64,000 bases of DNA, taken from the NCBI GenBank assembly GCA_963664195.1, contig OY760907.1, positions 384,001 through 448,000 of the forward strand, written 5' to 3'. Positions 58,817 through 64,000 of this stretch are shown here, piece after piece (position 1 is the first letter of the stretch; each line of letters begins with the position of its first letter). The notes beneath the pieces were generated by a model that had not been told where the DNA came from, did no database searches, and saw nothing but the letters and a program-made list of their open reading frames with translations. Position numbers and translations under genes: made by a program. Source of the DNA: an uncultured candidate division Zixibacteria bacterium (GTDB taxonomy: Bacteria; Zixibacteria; MSB-5A5; GN15; FEB-12).

Positions 58817-60175
58817 TCATTGCTCCTTCCGCTGGGGAATCCAATGTATGTCGTGCATACGCTCCGTACAGGACGTCTTGTGCAGTTCGCCGGTCTCAAT
58901 ATCGTACAGGTAGAGTCGGTTTCCTTGAAAGAAGACTCCGAATCGACCGGTGTTTAGCGCGAGATCGCGTGAGTCAGGTGAAAAGGCAGCCCCGTCAACT
59001 TCGAGACCTCTGAGCGACAACTGGCGAGCCCTCCCGTCAAGCGTATTTACTAGCGCATACTGCCCATCCTGAGAGACTACGAGAATCCAGCGGTTGTTGG
59101 GTGACAGGGCCATAAGCTCGCCCCGACAGAGTTGCACTTCAGTGGAATCGGCATGATTCAATCTGCTGATAGCCGATCTTCTGCAGACGAGAGAGTGTGC
59201 TGAATCGATGAGAGCTGATGGACAAGAAACACCTTTCGGGCCTCGATACGAGGATTGCATTCCGGAAGGATAGTCTTCCAGAATTTGGAACGAGCTATCC
59301 AACAAGAGATACGCTGCCCTGTCAGCATACCAGCAGTCAACAAGATACTCGCCGGTTGGATCGTGGTACTCGAGGGAGTAACAGGTCATTGCCGGTTCAC
59401 TCAGCTCCTTTATCGTAGTGGCGTCTGCTGTGAAGGGTTCGTACGAGTAGCAGGCCGACCTCTTGGCACGTTCGGACAGAATCAGAGTACTCTCTGGACC
59501 TAAACACATGATCTCTAGAGGATGGTCCGCGCCGCAGTCTATCGGTGTCTTGCTGGCTATGCCGGTCGCGGGATTGTACGCGAAGAACTCTCTCCGGTAC
59601 ATATCGGAGTCGAGGCACACAATGCTTCCCTCCAAGCCCGGAAACGAGGCCTCCGCCTTCTGGTTCGACCAGAGAACGGTCGCGAGAGCCAGATACGAGA
59701 GAGTAATGCCGCCTATCACTGCCTTCGCGATGCGGGAAAGTCTGGGACCTGCAACCTGAGTTCCACCTCTGTAAACACTCCAATCCCTAATCAGAATCAG
59801 CAAACTGAGACCGGAGGCTAGTACGAAGGCAAGGGACTCGTGTGCCAGAAACAGGCAGAAGAGCCAACCCCAGAACAGCAGGGACACAACGTGAACAATC
59901 GCCACCAACCAGAACGACAATCGCCAGATCAGGTTTTTCCCCCATCCAATCAACAACTGTACGGCACTGAGGGCCAGAAGCACGTACGTGAGATTTGCGG
60001 TTGTCAGAGGGGAAAGATCCGCCCATGGCATCCCTCCCCAATAGACATCCTTGCCGAGCAGCCAATAGACGGCCATCGTAAGCACGACTACATGCATCGC
60101 CAAAGCCAGCACCCGAAGGACGCTAGCTGCGACTCTCAGTCCGTTGCCTCTGTCGCTCTCTTCCGTGTCGTCCAT
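58817..60175 (-). CDS. Hypothetical membrane protein with C-terminal TolB-like beta-propeller
   Basis: About five N-terminal TMs; LSPNNRW and FSPDSR blade motifs. Confidence 0.55.
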   Translation of the reverse strand: MDDTEESDRGNGLRVAASVLRVLALAMHVVVLTMAVYWLLGKDVYWGGMPWADLSPLTTANLTYVLLALSAVQLLIGWGKNLIWRLSFWLVAIVHVVSLLFWGWLFCLFLAHESLAFVLASGLSLLILIRDWSVYRGGTQVAGPRLSRIAKAVIGGITLSYLALATVLWSNQKAEASFPGLEGSIVCLDSDMYRREFFAYNPATGIASKTPIDCGADHPLEIMCLGPESTLILSERAKRSACYSYEPFTADATTIKELSEPAMTCYSLEYHDPTGEYLVDCWYADRAAYLLLDSSFQILEDYPSGMQSSYRGPKGVSCPSALIDSAHSLVCRRSAISRLNHADSTEVQLCRGELMALSPNNRWILVVSQDGQYALVNTLDGRARQLSLRGLEVDGAAFSPDSRDLALNTGRFGVFFQGNRLYLYDIETGELHKTSCTERMHDIHWIPQRKEQ

Positions 60176-60325
60176 TGCAGAATCCTCTCATACGGTTGTC
60201 CGTCCGTAAACAGTATCCGCAATCTTCTACATGCATGTCAACGATTTGTTCGAGGAAGGTGGGGGATCTAAAAAATGCCCCGCAGCAAGCCACGGGACAT
60301 CAGTGTTACGAAAAGGTCTATTTGG

Positions 60326-61168
60326 TTAGAGCGCCGCTGCCGTCTCGCGCTCGCGGAGTGTAGCAGCAAACTCGTCGATGTAGTTCTCGTGCCGAAGATC
60401 AAGAATGTGCCGGCGGTTGAGTTCGAAGTCGCGGAAAGGAAGATTCTCCACCTGCTCGTAGGTATAGTCGAGCATGCCGTTTGGTTCGCCCTTGGTGACG
60501 ATTCCCACTCCCCAATCGCAGTCGAGGACGAAGATTCTCAAATCGTCGCGAGTCGAGCGCAGAAACGCTACCGCTTTCCAGACATCGCCGGTCCACGCAC
60601 CGGTCCAATCAGGAGACTTCTTGGCCGTCTCCAGCTGAGACTCCGGCGTTGCGATAAGCTCCGTGGTCGGCGAACAGTCGTGCATTACAACCACTCCCCC
60701 GTCGTTCAGATGCTTGAGGCAGTTCTCGACATCGCGTGCCGCCTGCCGCCATTCGTGAAGGCCGTCGACAAAGGCAACGTCGATCTTGTCGACCAAAAAC
60801 AAATCGTCCCGTGTGTCGAAAAGCTCGTCGGAGGTCATTTGGAAAGTCTGGATCGAGGCCCCGTTGATCGGTGATTTGAACGGTTGTGTTCCTTGCGCTG
60901 ACGTTTTGACCCCGATGTACGCCTGCGATGACGTGTGGCCAATCTCCAGATCAATGGTAGCGTCGTCAGGAATATTCGACAGGGCGTTTGACAACGCCTG
61001 CGAAGCGGCATTGACCAACCGCGGCGACGGCCTCGCGGGGTCCACTCCGATCTTGCGCTCGGCGTTTACCGTGAGGAACGTTTCCGAATGGTGAAGGCCG
61101 ATTTCGAGATAGGTTCGTGCACCTGTTGAGTCGACGATTTTCTGGATAACATCCGCTCTGTTCAACAT
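60326..61168 (-). CDS. Class I SAM-dependent methyltransferase (Methyltransf_24-like)
   Basis: YLEIG, GVDP, TSDE.F, FVDGLH, GGVVVMHD, WTGDVWK, DWGVG. Confidence 0.82.
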   Translation of the reverse strand: MLNRADVIQKIVDSTGARTYLEIGLHHSETFLTVNAERKIGVDPARPSPRLVNAASQALSNALSNIPDDATIDLEIGHTSSQAYIGVKTSAQGTQPFKSPINGASIQTFQMTSDELFDTRDDLFLVDKIDVAFVDGLHEWRQAARDVENCLKHLNDGGVVVMHDCSPTTELIATPESQLETAKKSPDWTGAWTGDVWKAVAFLRSTRDDLRIFVLDCDWGVGIVTKGEPNGMLDYTYEQVENLPFRDFELNRRHILDLRHENYIDEFAATLRERETAAAL

Positions 61169-61403
61169 GGCGTTATGTCCTTTGTCAGCGTAGCAAATCC
61201 TATTTGGGAGAATGGTCGCTTGATGAAGCTTGAGTGCTCGGCGGTCATCGCATCCCTGCTTTCTGCTATGTCAGTTATCGGCAGGTGTGCGACGATTCCA
61301 CACAGCTTGAGGTTCTTTTTTTGGTGCTGATCGCTCGATCTTCGTTCAGGAGACTCGACCGACTCTCACCGTCGGGCACGTTTCAAAGCCGCTGACAGCT
61401 AAC

Positions 61404-61524
61404 GTAGGGCAGAACCCGAATAGACGAAGCCGCCCATTTGCAGGCACGAGTGAAGCGGTTCTGCCATCGTCCACCTGCGGTGGACTCGACTTTCCGGCGG
61501 AACCGCTAAAGGGTTCCACCCTAC
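61404..61524. repeat. Inverted pair of GTAG-REP-like hairpins (REPIN/BIME-like)
   Basis: GTAGGGCAGAAC...GTTCTGCC (+) and GGTGGA...TCCACCCTAC (-). Confidence 0.6.
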
Positions 61525-61550
61525 GCGGTCCGTGCTACAATAAGTCTCGG

Positions 61551-61572
61551 TGAGCCTGTCGAAGTGTGGACC
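61551..61572 (+). repeat. Short dispersed repeat, copy 2
   Basis: TGAGCCTGTCGAAGTGTGGACC; see 49408-49429. Confidence 0.55.
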
Positions 61573-61653
61573 GAATTCTCTTCCGCGCCTGCCGACAATA
61601 ATGGCGTTCACAGGCGATTTTCCTCTTTCCCTGCGTGACGATTCCTATAATAA

Positions 61654-61820
61654 TGTGGGCGGCACTGCGGGGAAATGAAGAATCATAGAAACGAGAGATG
61701 GCATCGGCAGAACTGCGACCGGTTGCAACGCTGATGCGTTCAACCTATCGCAGGAGTTTGCCTCAAATGCCTCTGACGAAATCCGTGACCACATATTGAG
61801 GTTCCTTTTGGAGCGCCACA
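61654..61820 (+). ncRNA. Putative structured ncRNA, rod-shaped with central bubble (6S-RNA-like)
   Basis: Nested complementary segments GTGG(G)CG/CGCCAC, GGAA/TTCC, GGCAT/ATGCC, GGCA(G)AAC/GTTTGCC, TGCGA/TCGCA, GGTTG/CAACC, AACGC/GCGTT; TATAAT at 61646. Confidence 0.5.
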
Positions 61821-62203
61821 AGTCGGCGAGAGGTATCGCTAAGATTCCAATCGGAATAAGGGATCTACACGTGCGCCCCGCACGATAGTGTACCCGTTGA
61901 AAAACCGAAGCCAGCTTGCAGCGTCAGAGTGGGGCAAACGGCCGCCGTCTGCGGCCCACAGTGGGGAACGGCATCGCTCGCCCCCCAATACAAAACCGCC
62001 CCCGTCTTCTTACAAATACGCTTGCGCCGAAAACTCACATGTATTATCCTCAACCTCATATACCCTGTACAGGCTGGTTTCATACAAGAATCGGCCGGAA
62101 AATCGGGTTCTCCTTGTGAAAACTTTAACAATCAAGGCCGAACCCCGAATAACGAAAGACGTTAGCCCACAACTAGTTGGGCAGAGGCTTCAAGGAGAAG
62201 GCT

Positions 62204-63478
62204 ATGGCTGAATGTAAACCGGTCGAAAGTCAGATCAAAGCCGATACGTTGGTCGTCGGCGGCGGCATCGCCGGGATGACCACCGCCATCGAGACTGCCG
62301 AGGTTGGCAAGCATGTGATACTCCTGGAGAAACTACCGTCCATCGGCGGCCGTGTGTCGCGGATGTTCCAGTATTTCCCCAAACTGTGTCCCCCCACCTG
62401 CGGCATAGAAATCAACCTCAAGCGCATACGTGTCAATCCGTATATACGAGTGCTCACTCTCGCAGAGGTCACCAAGATCAGCGGTACCCCGGGTGACTAC
62501 GAGGTGGAAATCAAGCTCTCCCCGCGTTTTGTCAACGAAAAGTGCACCGCGTGCGGCGCCTGCGAAGAAGTTTGCGAGATCGAGCGCGACAATGATTTCA
62601 ATCTTGGCCTGGATAAAAGCAAGGCGATCTACCTGCCTCACCTTATGGCCTATCCGCCGAAGTATGTCGTTGACCCGGAATTCGCCGGCGACGAGCGCAT
62701 GAAGAAATGTGTCGAAGCCTGCGAGTACGACGCGATCGACCTCGACATGAAAGAACAGACGATCACGGCCAAAGTCGGCGCGGTGGTCTGGGCTACCGGC
62801 TGGAAGCCGTACGATGCGACCAAAATCGACAACCTCGGTTTCGGTCAGTATGATAACGTCATCACAAACGTCCAGATGGAGCGCTACGCCTCCTTCAACG
62901 GCCCGACCGAGGGTAAAATCGCTCGCCCGTCCGACGGCAAAGAAGTCACCAAAATCGGGTTCGTGCAGTGTGCCGGTTCCCGCGATGAGAACCATCTCCC
63001 CTATTGCTCCGCTGTCTGTTGCCTCGCCTCGATGAAGCAGGCCACGTATGTTCGCGAGCAGTATCCGGACGCCGAAATTCACCTCTTTTATATAGATGTG
63101 CGCTCACCCGGTAGAATGGAAGATTTCTACACCAAGGTGCAGGGCGACGAGAAGTTCTTCTTCCACCGCGGCAAAGTCGGCAAAATCACGGAGAACCCCG
63201 AAAACAAGAACGTGATTCTTGAGGCCGAGAATACGCTCACCGGCGAACTCACCAAGATGGAAGTGGATTTGGCCGTGCTGGCAACCGGCATGGTTCCGAA
63301 CAATGTTGATGATCCGCCGCCGGACACCGAACTGGATGAATACGGATTCATCGCGCCCGATACGGGCAAGGGTGTGATCGGCGCCGGCGTGGCCACACGT
63401 CCGCTTGATGTCGCCTCCTCAATCCAGGAAGCCACTGGCGCGGCCCTGAAAGCTATTAACATCAGCAAGAGGAGTTAA
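62204..63478 (+). CDS. qmoA: HdrA-family flavoprotein, QmoA-like
   Basis: VVGGGIAG, YFPKLCPPTCG, CTACGAC, VQCAGSRD..HLPYCSAVCC; about 425 aa; AAGGAG RBS. Confidence 0.82.
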   Translation: MAECKPVESQIKADTLVVGGGIAGMTTAIETAEVGKHVILLEKLPSIGGRVSRMFQYFPKLCPPTCGIEINLKRIRVNPYIRVLTLAEVTKISGTPGDYEVEIKLSPRFVNEKCTACGACEEVCEIERDNDFNLGLDKSKAIYLPHLMAYPPKYVVDPEFAGDERMKKCVEACEYDAIDLDMKEQTITAKVGAVVWATGWKPYDATKIDNLGFGQYDNVITNVQMERYASFNGPTEGKIARPSDGKEVTKIGFVQCAGSRDENHLPYCSAVCCLASMKQATYVREQYPDAEIHLFYIDVRSPGRMEDFYTKVQGDEKFFFHRGKVGKITENPENKNVILEAENTLTGELTKMEVDLAVLATGMVPNNVDDPPPDTELDEYGFIAPDTGKGVIGAGVATRPLDVASSIQEATGAALKAINISKRS

Positions 63479-63483
63479 GGGAC

Positions 63484-64000
63484 ATGGAACCGAAAATTGG
63501 TGTTTATATCTGTAAGGGCTGTGAGATCGGCAAGTCCCTTGATTGTGACAAGCTGGTCGAAACTGCCGGTGAAAGCGGCGCCGCCGTTAAAACCTGTCAT
63601 GACATTCTCTGCTCTGAGGCAGGTATTGCCCAGATCAAAGCTGATATCGAAAACGAGGGGCTCAATCGCGTTGTCGCCTGTGCCTGCTCAATCCGCGTCT
63701 TCCCGGAACTGTTTGATTTCGGTCCGGACGTGCTGGTCGACCGCACCGCTCTTCGCGAACACGTTGCCTGGTGTCACGAACCGAATGACGAAGATACCCA
63801 GGCGCTGGCCGAGGATTATGTCCGCATGGGCATCGCCAAGGTCAAGGCAACCGCTCCGCCGGAACCGCTGATCGAAGAGACCTCCAAGGACATCATGGTC
63901 GTTGGCGGCGGAATCACCGGTCTGACGGCTGCGAAGCAGGCTTCCCTCGCCGGTTACAAAGTAACGCTGGTCGAAAAGACCGACAAACTTGGTGGCTGGG
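63484..64000 (+). CDS. qmoB: HdrA-family flavoprotein, QmoB-like; runs off window end
   Basis: Manual translation MEPKIGVYICKGCEIG...LCS...VVACACS...LREHVAW...DYVRMG...VVGGGITGLTAA...LVEK...LGGW; missing from ORF track because it has no stop. Confidence 0.8.
   Translation, partial: MEPKIGVYICKGCEIGKSLDCDKLVETAGESGAAVKTCHDILCSEAGIAQIKADIENEGLNRVVACACSIRVFPELFDFGPDVLVDRTALREHVAWCHEPNDEDTQALAEDYVRMGIAKVKATAPPEPLIEETSKDIMVVGGGITGLTAAKQASLAGYKVTLVEKTDKLGGW

Noticed and set aside
61698..61799. 33-codon ORF MASAELRP...
   Set aside because: Weak RBS, no recognisable motif, and it coincides with a strong RNA structure that explains the region better; not fully excluded
61773..61800. Hammerhead ribozyme core (CTGACGA)
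   Set aside because: No stem II followed by GAAA in the required arrangement
1..64000. tRNA or rRNA genes
   Set aside because: No cloverleaf with T-arm GTTCRA in tRNA context, and no rRNA signature, recognised in the intergenic regions

Overview
GC-rich bacterial chromosomal segment, probably from an anaerobe. A Cys-rich C-terminal dockerin, an LpxC-FabZ fusion and QmoAB-like genes suggest candidate phylum Zixibacteria or a related FCB lineage (inference). The backbone is housekeeping: oadA/oadB, maeB, cobO, a PpiD/SurA-like PPIase, ETF-QO, ccmF, ispH, lipA, pdxS/pdxT, an Rrf2-iscA-fdx Fe-S locus, polyprenyl synthase, guaA, nadB, a lipid A operon (lpxC-fabZ, lpxA, gnnA-like, lpxB, waaA, lpxK) and the start of a qmoAB-like operon. 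Highlights: (1) a REP-associated tyrosine transposase (RAYT) with many GTAG-type hairpin REPs across the window. Several bracket single accessory genes: a SIR2-like gene lies inside nested inverted REP pairs, and a RAYT+DUF5131 block splits pdxS from pdxT, suggesting REP-bounded cargo cassettes. (2) Four tandem paralogous GspG-like pilins with a shared core and different C-terminal domains. (3) A secreted M14 peptidase with dockerin-cohesin-dockerin modules. (4) A ~167-nt rod-shaped putative ncRNA upstream of qmoA. (5) An apparent frameshift at the 5' end of lpxC-fabZ and a polyprenyl synthase lacking a canonical start codon. No rRNA, tRNA or CRISPR array was recognised. All calls come from motif recognition by eye; no searches were run.
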